Shown piece by piece: positions 17,509 through 28,345 of a stretch of 64,000 bases of DNA. The translations under genes were made by a program, and so were the position numbers. The notes beneath the pieces were generated by a model. It was not told the origin of the DNA, made no database searches, and was given only the letters and a program-made list of their open reading frames with translations. The stretch is from an uncultured Actinomycetes bacterium (GTDB lineage Bacteria > Actinomycetota > UBA4738 > HRBIN12). The first letter of the stretch is position 1; every line of letters starts with the position of its first letter. The stretch covers positions 384,001-448,000 of the forward strand of contig CAVPIB010000001.1 of NCBI GenBank assembly GCA_963704885.1. The letters are read 5' to 3'.

Positions 17509-18704
17509 ATGCGTGACGAGTACGACCGCCTGATCGCGAGCAGCCTCGGGCGACGCCAGTTCCTTAAGTACGCAGGGGTCGGAGCGCTCAGCGCGAGCGT
17601 GCTCGCGGCGTGCAAGAAAGCTGCGGACACCGGCGCGGCGGGAGCGACCGGCTCCGCCACCCCCGCTCCACGACCTCCACTGGAAGAGGAGGCCGGCGAC
17701 CTCAAGATCTATGAGTGGCTCGGTTACGGCGACGGCTCGTACGGAGACGACGTCCTGTGGGCCGAGTACAAGGCGAAGGGGTATCCCAAGCCGAAGTTCA
17801 CCAAGACCTTCGACGACGATACCGGCTACACGAAGGTCGCCGCCGGAGAACGCTACGATATCGTGCACCCGTGCGCCTATCGGTTCGCCGACTGGGTGGC
17901 GCTCAAGAACCCGGACGGCTCGCGGTGATCCAGCCTTGGGATACCTCCTTGATCCCGAACTTCCCAGATCTGAACCCGGCGCTGCAGAAGTACGGCAACT
18001 TCGACGGGCAGCAGTACTTCATCGTCGCCGACTGGGGTTTCGCGTCTCCCATGTACCGAGCGGACCTGATCCAACCCGAATCGACCTGGGGCGCGATCTT
18101 CGACGAGCAGTACGCAGGCAAGATCAGCTGGTGGGACAGCTTGAATATGTTCATCCCGGCCGGGCTCTACCTCGGGATCCCCGAGCCGTACAACATGACC
18201 GACCAGGAGCTCGAGCAGACGAGGGACTTCCTGATCTCCAAGGTCCCGCTCGTGCGGACGTTCTGGGTCGACGACCCGACGCCGGACGTGGTGAGTGGCG
18301 ACGTGCACATCGCCTATGCCTGGCAGAACCACTGGTGGGCCGCGCTGGACTACGGATCGGGCTCGAAGAAGGCCGTCGATGCGGTCTACATGCGTCCTAA
18401 GGAAGGCTTGATCTCCTGGTACTGCGGCTTCGCCCTTTTCAGCGACACCGAGAACTACTATCACGACCATGAGTACGCGGACGCGTGGGTGAGTGCGGCG
18501 TCGGCAGAGTGGCTGGTGAACAACTACGCGTACGGCCACACGAACACGGCGCTCGACATGTCGACGGTGAATCCTCAGCTGGTGGAGACGTTCAGCCTCG
18601 ACGACCCGACTATCCTCGAGGAGCCGCAGTCGTACCCTGAGCGTCCGTACGCCGATCGGGACAAGGTGAACGAGCTGTGGCTCGAGGTGAAAGCGGCGGC
18701 CTGA
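17509..18704 (+). CDS. Polyamine (PotD/PotF-like) ABC substrate-binding protein, Tat lipoprotein; one frameshift near 17920
   Basis: GRRQFLK..VLAAC twin-arginine plus lipobox; LKIYEW, IQPWDTSLIPNF, DWG, PKEG motifs split across two frames. Confidence 0.85.
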
Positions 18705-19630
18705 GGGCGACAAAGGACGCACCGACGAGGGCGGCAGGACTCCCTGCCGCCCTCGACTTGCAGCCGCGCCGCACTTGGCCGGGGACGCTCGGGCTCCTAT
18801 CGGGGCCGTTACTTTGGCTCTTGCTCTTCTTCCTGATCCCGCTGCTTGTCGTCGCGGCCTACAGCATCGGTGCGCTCTCGCTATACCCGACAGACGCAGG
18901 GGTGAGCCTCTACGACTGGCAACGGTTCCTCTCCGGCGGATCGGTGTACATGGGCCTGTTCTGGAAGTCGGTCCGGCTCTCGCTCACCGTGTCCGTGATC
19001 GTCGTCGTGCTCGCCTACCCCGTGGGTTACTTCCTCGCGCTCGTGGCCGGGAAGCGGAAATACGCGCTGCTGCTGCTGATCATCGCGCCCTTCCTCACGA
19101 GCTACCTCCTTCGGGTGCTGGCTTGGCGGGTGATCCTCGGTGGCGAGGGCGTGGTGAACTCCCTGTTGATCTCCATCGGGCTCCGCGCCGAGGGCGACCC
19201 GATCTCGTGGCTGATCTACAGCCAGTTCACGGTGATCCTGGTGCTCGTGTACGTGTGGGTGCCGTTCGTCGCCCTGCCGATCTTCGTCGTGCTCGAGAAC
19301 CTCGACGGCTCGCTCCTGGAGGCCGGGGCGGATCTCGGCGCGAACCGCTGGAGCGTGTTCTGGCGTGTGACTTTCCGGCTCAGCCTACCGGGGGTGGGGG
19401 CCGCGTTCGTGTTCGTGTTCATCCCAACGCTCGGGGAGTTCGTGACACCCTCGCTGGTTGGGGGCACGAGTGGGCTGATGTACGGCAACGCGATCTCGGA
19501 GCTGTTCCTCAAGGGTCAGTCGACGTGGCAGATCGGTTCGGTGCTTGCGCTGTTCCTGATCGTCGTCGTCGGGCTGCTGATGGCGTTGTCGGGGCGGTTC
19601 CTTCAGCTACGTCGCGTGGAGGCCGGGTAG
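18677..19630 (+). CDS. Polyamine ABC permease (PotB-like)
   Basis: LAYPVGY, PFLTSYLLRVLAW, SLLEAGADLGA EAA loop. Confidence 0.9.
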   Translation: MARGESGGLRATKDAPTRAAGLPAALDLQPRRTWPGTLGLLSGPLLWLLLFFLIPLLVVAAYSIGALSLYPTDAGVSLYDWQRFLSGGSVYMGLFWKSVRLSLTVSVIVVVLAYPVGYFLALVAGKRKYALLLLIIAPFLTSYLLRVLAWRVILGGEGVVNSLLISIGLRAEGDPISWLIYSQFTVILVLVYVWVPFVALPIFVVLENLDGSLLEAGADLGANRWSVFWRVTFRLSLPGVGAAFVFVFIPTLGEFVTPSLVGGTSGLMYGNAISELFLKGQSTWQIGSVLALFLIVVVGLLMALSGRFLQLRRVEAG

Positions 19631-19632
19631 CG

Positions 19633-20484
19633 ATGGACGCCGCTGCGTCGAAGGGAGGTCGTCGGGGTCTCGTCGGATTGTTCGTGCTGCTCGTCGTCTT
19701 CCTCTACCTGCCGATCGTCGTGCTGATGGTGTTCTCGTTCAACGACAGCCTGCTGACCACCTTCCCGCTCTCGGGATTCACGACGCGCTGGTATCGACTG
19801 CTGATGCAGAACGAACAGCTGTTGTCTGCCCTGGGGAATTCGGCGGTTGTGGCGGTGGCGTCGAGCGTGGTGGCGGTGGCGCTCGGTGCGTTGGCCTCGT
19901 ACGCGCTCGTGCGCAGGCGATTCCGGGCGAAAGGTGCAGCATCGGGCCTGCTGCTGTCGCCGCTAGTGATCCCGTACATCGTGTTCGGGATCGCGCTGCT
20001 GATCCTGTTCAAGACGCTCGACAACTTCCTGATCCAGCACATGGGGATCTACTTCGGACTGGGGGCGCACTCGCTCGTGATCGGGCACGTGGTGGTCATA
20101 CTGCCGTACACGATCCTCACGCTTACGCCGCGCCTCGAACGCCTTGGCACGGACATAGAGGAGGCGGCGCGGGATCTCGGCGCAAGCCCATCCTCGACGT
20201 TCCGTCGCGTCACGATCCCGCTGCTCACTCCGGCGATCGTTTCGGCGTTCCTGATCGCGTTCACGCTCTCGTTCGACGAGTACGCGATCGCCTCGTTCAT
20301 CGCCGGCGATTACACGACGTACCCGCTGTTCCTGTATGGACAGGTGAGGATCCGGATCGGGCTGCCGCAGATGATCGCGATCTCGGTGATCGTGATGCTG
20401 CTGTCGATGCTAGTGGTGGTCGGCGCGGAGGTGTTCAGGCGTCGGTCCGATCGACGTCTCGGTATCTCAACTCCCGTGGCGTAG
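19633..20484 (+). CDS. Polyamine ABC permease (PotC-like)
   Basis: FLYLPIVVLMVFSFN, IEEAARDLGA, AFTLSFDE; ATG at 19633. Confidence 0.9.
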   Translation: MDAAASKGGRRGLVGLFVLLVVFLYLPIVVLMVFSFNDSLLTTFPLSGFTTRWYRLLMQNEQLLSALGNSAVVAVASSVVAVALGALASYALVRRRFRAKGAASGLLLSPLVIPYIVFGIALLILFKTLDNFLIQHMGIYFGLGAHSLVIGHVVVILPYTILTLTPRLERLGTDIEEAARDLGASPSSTFRRVTIPLLTPAIVSAFLIAFTLSFDEYAIASFIAGDYTTYPLFLYGQVRIRIGLPQMIAISVIVMLLSMLVVVGAEVFRRRSDRRLGISTPVA

Positions 20485-20531
20485 ACCTGTCCCCGCGGTC
20501 ACATCCGGTGGTCGAGGCTACGCTGTTGCCG

Positions 20532-21944
20532 ATGTCGTCCCCCGCCACGATCGGCGCCCTCCGCGCCGCCGGCTACACCGATCGCACGGTGAAGGACGAG
20601 CTGCGCGCCAACCTATTGGCGAAGCTCTCCCGGGGCGAGCAACTCTTCCCCGGCATCGTGGGCTTCGACGACGAGGTGCTGCCCGCGCTGGAACGGGGCA
20701 TCCTGGCGGGCCACGACCTGATCCTTCTGGGCGAACGCGGGCAGGCGAAGACCAGGCTGGTCCGCGCGATCGTGGGCCTGCTGGACGACGAGCTGCCGGC
20801 GATCGAGGGATGCGAGATCCACGACCATCCGTTCCACCCGATCTGCGCTGCCTGTCGGGCGCTCGTGGCCGCCCAAGGCGAAGACGCCCCTATCCGCTGG
20901 ATCGCCCGGGATGACCGCTACGCCGAGAAACTGGCCACGCCCGACACGTCCGTCGCCGACCTGATCGGGGACGTCGACCCGATCCGCGTCGCCGAGGGCC
21001 GCTACCTTTCCGACGAGCTCACGATCCACTACGGCCTGATACCAAGGACCAACCGCGGCGTGGTCGCTATCAACGAGTTACCGGACCTGCCGGAGCGGAT
21101 CCAGGTCTCCCTCTTCAACATCTTGGAGGAGCGCGACATCCAGATCCGCGGCTACCGGGTCCGTCTGCCGCTCGACCTGCTGCTGGTGGTGACCGCGAAC
21201 CCAGACGACTACACGCACCGCGGCCGTATCGTGTCGCCGCTCAAGGACCGTTTCGGAACCCAGGTCCGCACCCACTACCCTCAGGATCTGGCGGACGAGG
21301 TCCGGATCATGGACCAGGAATCACGCGCCGCCGCCGGTGAGATCCCCGTTCGTGTACCAGCGTTCATGAAGGAGATCGTGGCCGCGCTCACCGCGGAGCT
21401 CCGGCGTTCTCCACATATCAACCATCGGAGCGGCGTCAGCGTGCGCTACTCGATCGGCAATCTCGAGACCCTGTCGGCCGCGGCCGTGCGACGAGCCGCT
21501 CGCTCCGGTGAACCCGAGGCAGTGCCGCGGGTCTGCGACCTTCCCGCCGTGCTTGCCTCCTCGGAGGGCCGGGTTGAGTTCGACACGATCGAGGAGGGGC
21601 GCGAGGCCGACATCTTGTCCCGTGCCGTCCGCGCGGCCGAGCTCGAGGTGTTTCGCCTTCGGCTGTCCGGTTTCGACTTCCAGCCGCTGCTGCACAGGTT
21701 CGATGAAGGGCTCACCGCCGAGACCTCCGATCTGACGACCGCGAGCGACCTGTTGGCGCAGTTCGGCAACCTGCCCGGTCTGTCGAAGCTCCTCGAACGC
21801 CTGGGCGTGCAGGAGGAGAGCCCGGGGGTGGCCGCCTCGGCGCTCGAGTTCGCGTTGGAGGGCCTCCACCTGTCTCGGCGACTCAACAAGGATCCGGGCC
21901 AGGCTCCGGGGTCCGTTCGCTACGAGGGCAACGCCTCCGCGTAG
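20532..21944 (+). CDS. AAA+ ATPase, magnesium-chelatase-like (Rv0958-type)
   Basis: LLGERGQAKTR Walker A, INELPDL, ANPDDYTHRGRIVSPLKDRFG; TACGCT -10 7 nt before ATG 20532. Confidence 0.88.
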   Translation: MSSPATIGALRAAGYTDRTVKDELRANLLAKLSRGEQLFPGIVGFDDEVLPALERGILAGHDLILLGERGQAKTRLVRAIVGLLDDELPAIEGCEIHDHPFHPICAACRALVAAQGEDAPIRWIARDDRYAEKLATPDTSVADLIGDVDPIRVAEGRYLSDELTIHYGLIPRTNRGVVAINELPDLPERIQVSLFNILEERDIQIRGYRVRLPLDLLLVVTANPDDYTHRGRIVSPLKDRFGTQVRTHYPQDLADEVRIMDQESRAAAGEIPVRVPAFMKEIVAALTAELRRSPHINHRSGVSVRYSIGNLETLSAAAVRRAARSGEPEAVPRVCDLPAVLASSEGRVEFDTIEEGREADILSRAVRAAELEVFRLRLSGFDFQPLLHRFDEGLTAETSDLTTASDLLAQFGNLPGLSKLLERLGVQEESPGVAASALEFALEGLHLSRRLNKDPGQAPGSVRYEGNASA

Positions 21945-21955
21945 GATTCCCGCTC

Positions 21956-22324
21956 GTGATCCAGTTCCACAAGCTCGCCGGCTTCGTAGTGGTCGCGGTG
22001 TTCGCCGTGGGGTGGATCTGGGGGCTGGCGGCGTGGGTGGCCAAGCGCGGCCCCGGGGAGCGCTTCTGGACGTGGGTCACCGTGGTCCAGCTACTCGCGG
22101 GCCTGCAGGCGATCGTGGGGATCGTGGTCTACGTGTCGGGCTACAGGGCACTCACGTGGCTGCATTACGCCTACGGCCTCTTCCCGATCGCGGCGCTCTT
22201 GGTCGCGCACCTGGTGGCCCGGCGTCCGGACTTCCGGGACCGGCCGTGGATCCCCTTCGCCTGGGTCGCGTTCATATGCTTCGGGCTGACGCTGCGCGCG
22301 CTCATGACCGGCCTGTCGGGCTGA
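21956..22324 (+). CDS. Small multi-TM membrane protein
   Basis: Four hydrophobic segments, WLHYAYG motif; TAGGAT upstream. Confidence 0.7.
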   Translation: MIQFHKLAGFVVVAVFAVGWIWGLAAWVAKRGPGERFWTWVTVVQLLAGLQAIVGIVVYVSGYRALTWLHYAYGLFPIAALLVAHLVARRPDFRDRPWIPFAWVAFICFGLTLRALMTGLSG

Positions 22325-22379
22325 TCTTCGCCCGGTTCCTCCCTCAAGCAACCCCGCCTCAGGGCCGACCTATCTCGAC

Positions 22380-22868
22380 ATGACGGGTACATCAGGGACC
22401 GGTGTCGCCGAGATCGCGGCCGAGCTCGGACGCCTGGATGCGTTCAGCTACTGGGTCGTGCCTTCGGGTTCGCTATCCAAGGCGGGCGACCTGGTCGTGG
22501 CCGGGACGACCGGGGTCTTCTTGATAGCGGCCTGGGCCGCACCCGGTGCGTTCTCGCTCTCCAGGGGCCGCCCGGTGGTAGGGGAGAGCCCGATCCCGGG
22601 TATCCGCGCCCTTCGCTCGGATGCCAAACGCCTGAGCGCAAGGCTCGCGGCCTCGTCGGACTTCGGCTCGGTTGAACCGGTCGTCTGCCTGACCGAAGCC
22701 ACGGTGGGGATGCCCCGAACCGTGAAGGGAGTCCGCTTCGTGTCGATCGGAAGCCTGGTCAAAGACGTTACGGCCCGCCCGCGCGTTATGGAGCAGATCC
22801 GGGTCCAGAGGGCCGCCAGGGTCCTGGGCGTCCAGATACCGGGCGATCGTAAGCGCCACTTCGCGTAG
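22380..22868 (+). CDS. Hypothetical protein, degenerate NERD-like fold
   Basis: GDLVVAGTTGVFLI and VEPVVCL resemble NERD, but the catalytic E-x-K is absent. Confidence 0.55.
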   Translation: MTGTSGTGVAEIAAELGRLDAFSYWVVPSGSLSKAGDLVVAGTTGVFLIAAWAAPGAFSLSRGRPVVGESPIPGIRALRSDAKRLSARLAASSDFGSVEPVVCLTEATVGMPRTVKGVRFVSIGSLVKDVTARPRVMEQIRVQRAARVLGVQIPGDRKRHFA

Positions 22869-22978
22869 TCCGAATCTCTGGTCTTAGGGCGAAAGTTCCG
22901 GCCCCAACCTGCCGATGCCTTCCACGTTGGTCTGGTGAGGCGTTCCGAGGGGAACGCTCGAACGAAAGGGAGTTGATC

Positions 22979-25145
22979 GTGCGAGCCATCCATCGTCATC
23001 AGCGGCTCCCGCCGGGTCCCATGGACCCGGGTAACAGCGTCCGCCCTGCTCGGAACCCTGCTGGTCGGACTGCTTTCCTCGCCCGCGCTCGCGGCGGCCA
23101 CCGATCTCTCGATCGACGTGACGCAGGCCGCGAACCCGCTCGCTGTCGGGGGGAGCGCCACCTACACCGTGACGGTGACCAACACGGGCGCAAACACCGC
23201 CGACCCCGTCCAGGTCGTGAACACGCTCCCGGCCGGCGCCACTTACGTGAGCGACACCGGGGGCTGTGGCGTGGCGTCGCTGACCCTGACGTGCGACCTG
23301 GGCGTGATGCTTGACACCGATGTCGTGGCGTTCGACGTGGTCGCCAGCTACGCGGCCGAAGGCGCCTATGTGAACACGGCGACGGTTTCTCCCGGCGCGG
23401 GCGACTCGGACTCGGTCTCCACGAACGACACCGACTCCGTCACGACGCAGGTCGGCAGCGCCGACGTCTCGATCACGAAGACGGACGGAGCCACTTCCTA
23501 CATCCCCGGCGCGAACCTCACCTACACGCTCACCCTCGCCAACGCCGGACCCGACGACGCCACCGGCGTCGTAGTCACCGACACGCTGGTTGGAGCTGCC
23601 TTCGTCAGCTGCACGCCCACGGTGGGTTCGTGTGGCGCATCGGGCGCCACGGTCACGTGGAACGTCGGCACCGTAGCGAACGGCGTGACGCCGTCGGCGA
23701 CGCTCGTCGTAAGGCCAGACCCCGCGAAGCGTGACGCGCTCGCGAACACCGCGACCGTCACCTCTTCGAACGACGACCCGACCCCTGCCAACGACACCTC
23801 CACCGACACCGACGCCACCGCGACCCCGCAGGTGGACCTCGCGCTCGCCAAGACGACCCTGGCTACCGCTATCCATGCGGGCGACACGTTCACGTACACG
23901 CTGACCGTCACGAACGCCGGACCCTCCACGGCGACGAGCGTGGTCATCACGGACACGCTTCCCGCCGGATTGACCTTCGTGAGCGCCACGGGCGGCGGCG
24001 TGGCCGCTGGATCTTCGGTGACGTGGAACCTCGCGGCACCGCTCGCCCCGCTCGGTACGGCGAGCGTGGACCTGACGGTCAGGGTGGCGGACGATCAGGT
24101 TGACCCGTTCACCAACACAGCGACCGTCACGTCGGCCGTTGGCGAGACCGACACCAACGCCGCCAACAACACCGCGTCGCTGCTGTCCACGCTCAACGAC
24201 GACGCCGACGTCGCGGTGACCATGACCGGCGATCCCACGACGGCGGCCGGAGGCGACACCGTCACCTTCACCGTGACCGTGACGAACCTTGGCCCCGCGC
24301 CGGCCGAGAACGTGGTTGCCACGGACATCGTCCCGGCCGGCTTCACGCTCGTCGAGCCGGTCCTGGCGCCCGCGACGAGCTCGTCCGGGACCTGGACCTG
24401 GGCCGTGGGCCGAGTCCTCAAGGATGAGACCGCGACGCTGACGTTCGACGTCACGGTCGATCCGAGCGCTCTGGGACCGACGCTCGGCAATACCGTCAAC
24501 GTCACGAGCGACGCGAACGACATGTTCCTGGAGAACAACACCGCCACGGCTATCACCACGATCCTGGCCGGCGATGCCGACCTGGAGATCTTGAGCTCCG
24601 CCGACAACGAGAAGCCCAACAAGGGCGACGAGATCGCCATCACCATCCGAGTGGTCAACTACGGTCCCTCCGATGCGACCAACGTCGTGCTGAAGGACGT
24701 CCTGCCCAACGGGCTGGAGTACCAGTCGTGCGCCGGATGCCTGGCCAACGGTGGGAGCAAGAAGGCTCAGTGGACCGGGTTGTTCACCGCAGCGCTGATC
24801 CCCGTGGACAACGCCGCGACCGTGATCTTGAACGTCAAGGTCACGGCCAGCGAGGGGATCCTCAAGAACGTGGCGTCGATCCAGGCGGCCGACCAGAACG
24901 ACCCCGACGGCTCGAACGACAGGTCCACGCTCAAGATCGACGTGGGTGGAACCTCTAGCAACTCGGGGTCGGGTGGCAGCGGAACGACCGAGGGCGCGGG
25001 CGGCACGGCGTTCACCGGCTTCACGGCGCAGCGCCTGCTGCCGTGGTTCATCCTCATGTTCACGATCGGTCTGGTGGCCGTGGAGCTCTCGCGACGGACC
25101 TGGCGTCCGATCGGCGTGACCTACGGCTTCGACGAACCCTTCTAG
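22979..25145 (+). CDS. DUF11-repeat cell-surface protein with sortase-like C-terminus
   Basis: About five repeats of DLxxxK...TYTLTVTNxGP..ATxVVxTDxLP; signal-like LLGTLLVGLLSSPALAA upstream of the called ORF (start probably GTG 22979 with a frameshift); ends TAFTG + TM + RRTWR. Confidence 0.85.
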
Positions 25146-25154
25146 ATCTGCCCG

Positions 25155-25189
25155 CGCGGGGTCGCGCCCTCGATAGGCGCGGCCCCGCG
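25155..25189 (+). terminator. GC-rich stem-loop after DUF11 gene
   Basis: CGCGGGGTCGCGCC (25155-25168) / GGCGCGGCCCCGCG (25176-25189). Confidence 0.55.
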
Positions 25190-25201
25190 TAGGCTGAACG
25201 G

Positions 25202-27138
25202 GTGCGCTACCGCTACTCGCGCTGGGACGGCACCCAGGAACCGTTCGACCCCTCGATCGACGCATCCGACCTGCTCGAGGAGCTGTCCGACGACGTCTTG
25301 ATGGGCACCGGCGCCGAGCGTGCTCTCCGCCGTCTGATGCGACGGGGCATGCAGGGGAAGTTCTCGGGGATGGATGCCCTCCGTCGGCGCCTTCGACAGA
25401 TGCGCGAGCAGGAGGAAGACGCGCTCGACCTGAGCGGTCCCCTGGAGGAGATCCGACAGAAGCTCGAAGAGATCCTGGACCGTGAACGGAGCACGTTGTC
25501 GTTCAAAGCCGAGGACGACGCACGGATGCGCGAGTCGTTCTTGAACGACCTGCCTCCCGACGCGCCCGGCCAGCTCCGTGAGCTGGCGGACTACCGGTTC
25601 ATGGATCGCCAGGCGCAACAGCTGTTCGACGAGCTGCTGGAGCACGTTCGCGAACAGGTGTTGGGCGCGTACTTCCGCGGCATGGCGCAGGGCATGCGCG
25701 ACATGTCGGCGGAGCAGTTGGCGCACTTCCGCGACATGCTCGCCGAGCTGAACCAGATGATCGAGCGGCGCGGGCGCGGCGAGGCGTATGACTTCGACGG
25801 GTTCATGCAACGATACGGCGACCTGTTCCCCGATCACCCCAGAACGCTGGATCAGCTCCTGGAGAACATGGCCCGGCGGATGGCCGCCATGAGTCGGCTG
25901 ATGGCCTCGCTGTCGAGCGAGCAGCGCGCCGAGCTCCATGCGCTGGCCGAACAGATGATGCAGGACATGGACCTGGCGTTCGAGGTGGATCGCCTAAGCG
26001 CCAACCTGGCCCGCGCCTTCCCGGACATGCCTTGGGGTCAGCCGGCCATGGACGCCGGCCAGGGCGACGAGCCGATGCCGCTGTCGGCGACGGTCGACGC
26101 CATGGAGCGGCTGCACGACTACGAGGAGCTGGACCGCGAGATGCGTGGCGACTATCCGGGCGCATCGATGGACGACGTGGACGAGGAGGCGCTTCGGCGG
26201 ATCCTGGGCGAGCCGGCGGTGCACGATCTCCGCCGCCTGAAGGAGATCGAGCGGAGCTCGAAGAGGCCGGCCTGATGACGCGCCGCAACGGGCGGTTGGA
26301 GGTCACGCCACGCGGCGCTCGCAAGATGGGGGAGCGCGCGCTGGTCCAGGTGTTCGAGGAGCTGAAGCGCGATCGCGAGGGCACGCACGAGGCGCGGGAC
26401 GCGGGCGGTATGGCCGAGCCCACCGGGGCCACGCGACCGTGGCGTTTCGGCGACACCGGGCAGATCGCGGTGCAGAAGACGGTGTTCAACGCGGTGCTGC
26501 GCTCGGGGTCGGGAGAGGCGCTGACCCTATCCCCTGAGGACTTCGAGCTGGTCGAGGCCGAGCAGCGCACCGAGGCGGCGACCGCGCTGCTGCTGGACCT
26601 GTCGTTCAGCATGCCGCTGCGCGGACACTTCATCCACGCGAAGAAGATGGCGCTGGCGCTGCACGCGTTGATCGAGGGGCGCTACCCGCACGACACGCTC
26701 TACCTGATCGGGTTCAGCGACTACGCGCGGCAGCTGCAGCCCGAGGATCTGACCGCGCCCGGGTTCGAGCGCGTCTACGGCACGAACATGCAGCACGCGT
26801 TCCTGCTGGCCGGGCGGTTGCTCGCTCAGCATCCGCGCGCGGCGCGGCAGGTGATCATGGTGACCGACGGCGAGCCCACGGCCCACCTGGAGGGCGATCA
26901 AGCGTTCTTCTCGTGGCCGCCGGTGCGCGAGACGATCCAGCTGACGCTGGCTGAGGCGGTGCGTCTGTCGAAGGCCGGCGTGACGTTGAACGTGTTCATG
27001 CTCGAGGAGTCCGAGGGGCTGATCAGCTTCATGGAACGGCTCGCGCGCATCACGTCCGGGCGGGTGTTCCTGATGGATGATGAACGCTTGGGTGACTTCG
27101 TCGTGCGCGACTACGTGAGACGTCGCGGCCGCCGCTGA
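25202..27138 (+). CDS. VWA-domain protein (Rv0959-type), partner of the AAA+ ATPase; frameshift near 26260
   Basis: MRYRYSRWDGTQ start, LLLDLSFSM MIDAS, YGTNMQHA, MVTDGEPTAH. Confidence 0.88.
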
Positions 27139-27745
27139 TGCACAGGGTGCTCAAGGTGGCCGCCTGGGCGGCGCTGTTCCTGGCGTGCGCCGGCGTCGGG
27201 GCGTACATCGCCGCGCACTCCGATCCGTTCCCGCCAGGCGTGGATCGTCCGGGAGCCTCGCCATCCTGCGGCATCGGCCTCGCCCAGCGGAGCGCCGGCT
27301 CCTGAGCGCTGGGTCGGGGAGCTTCCGGAGCTACACCTACCACCAGCTGTACGTGGGAGGACGGTGCACGACGCGCTGGCGAGGCGATCTGCGCTTCAAG
27401 GTCGACGCGGAGACGGGCGCGGTCGAGGGGAACGGTGTCGCCCGCCTGTTCGGCGACCTCGAGTGCGACTTCCCGATCGCGCAGGTGCAGGCCGAGCGGG
27501 TGGAGCTGTCGATCACCGGACGCCTGCGCGAGGGGAGCGTCACGCTCCACCTGTCGCAGACGGGGATCGAACCGTCGAACGCAAGGGACTACGGAGCGTT
27601 CACGCCGATGCTTCCGATCCGGATCACGCTGCCGGTGCACGATGGCGTCGTCGACTGTCGAGTGGTTCGTCGCAGCGTCGACGGTGAGGGCCGAGGCACG
27701 TACTTCTGGTCGACGGGGTTCCATCTCGCCCAGGTCGAGGCCTAA
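27138..27745 (+). CDS. Hypothetical exported protein; frameshift near 27290
   Basis: ATG overlapping the VWA stop (TGATG): MHRVLKVAAWAALFLACAGVGAYIAAHSDPFPPG; continues in ORF 27185..27745. Confidence 0.55.
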
Positions 27746-27770
27746 TGTTGTCCCCTCGATGACGCGACGC

Positions 27771-28268
27771 CTACTTGCTAGGCGGCTGCTTCGTCTCCCC
27801 TGTGAGTCCGGGAAAGAGTTTGGGGGTGAATCGACCGGTCTTGCCGCCAGCGACGCGTCTCTTCGCAACGACGTACAGGATCGGGATGGCACCCAAACAG
27901 ATCGCCCCCGCTGCGAGAAGGAACGCGAAGTATGCGACGACGGTTTCTCCTGCGGAGAGCCTGCGTGCCCCCTCATAGATGGCATAGGCCGACCCCGCGA
28001 ATGGGACGATCGCGGCGAGCATCAACTGCGCCGTGTTGTCGGATGAGTCAGAAGCGGAAGACGGCCAGTTCCCTCTACTCAGCCAACGAGAGACAGCAAC
28101 CAGGATGCCCACAGCACCCAAGAATAGGAACAACAGGGAATTCGTGATTCCCTGCGTCACTGCGATTAGCGTGCCCGCAGCAAGTCCAGCGACGCCTAGC
28201 CACAAGACACCCCAGGGTGGCACCCGGTTGGACTCTTGCAGTGGTGCCGTCGGACGATTCGCAGTCAT
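27771..28268 (-). CDS. Four-TM membrane protein, putative Rhs immunity protein
   Basis: GGGAGG SD; lower GC; lies immediately downstream of the Rhs C-terminal domain. Confidence 0.6.
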   Translation of the reverse strand: MTANRPTAPLQESNRVPPWGVLWLGVAGLAAGTLIAVTQGITNSLLFLFLGAVGILVAVSRWLSRGNWPSSASDSSDNTAQLMLAAIVPFAGSAYAIYEGARRLSAGETVVAYFAFLLAAGAICLGAIPILYVVAKRRVAGGKTGRFTPKLFPGLTGETKQPPSK

Positions 28269-28345
28269 GATGCAGTACCTCCCTTGTCTGGCACCTTAGC
28301 TATCGACGGAACCTCCTTCCAGCTTGACTCTCGATGAGAGGCTGC

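Noticed and set aside
2087-21944. Photosynthesis genes (BchM-like methyltransferase, Mg-chelatase-like ATPase)
   Set aside because: Generic family resemblance only; the ATPase is the Rv0958-type VWA partner and no bch/puf genes are present.
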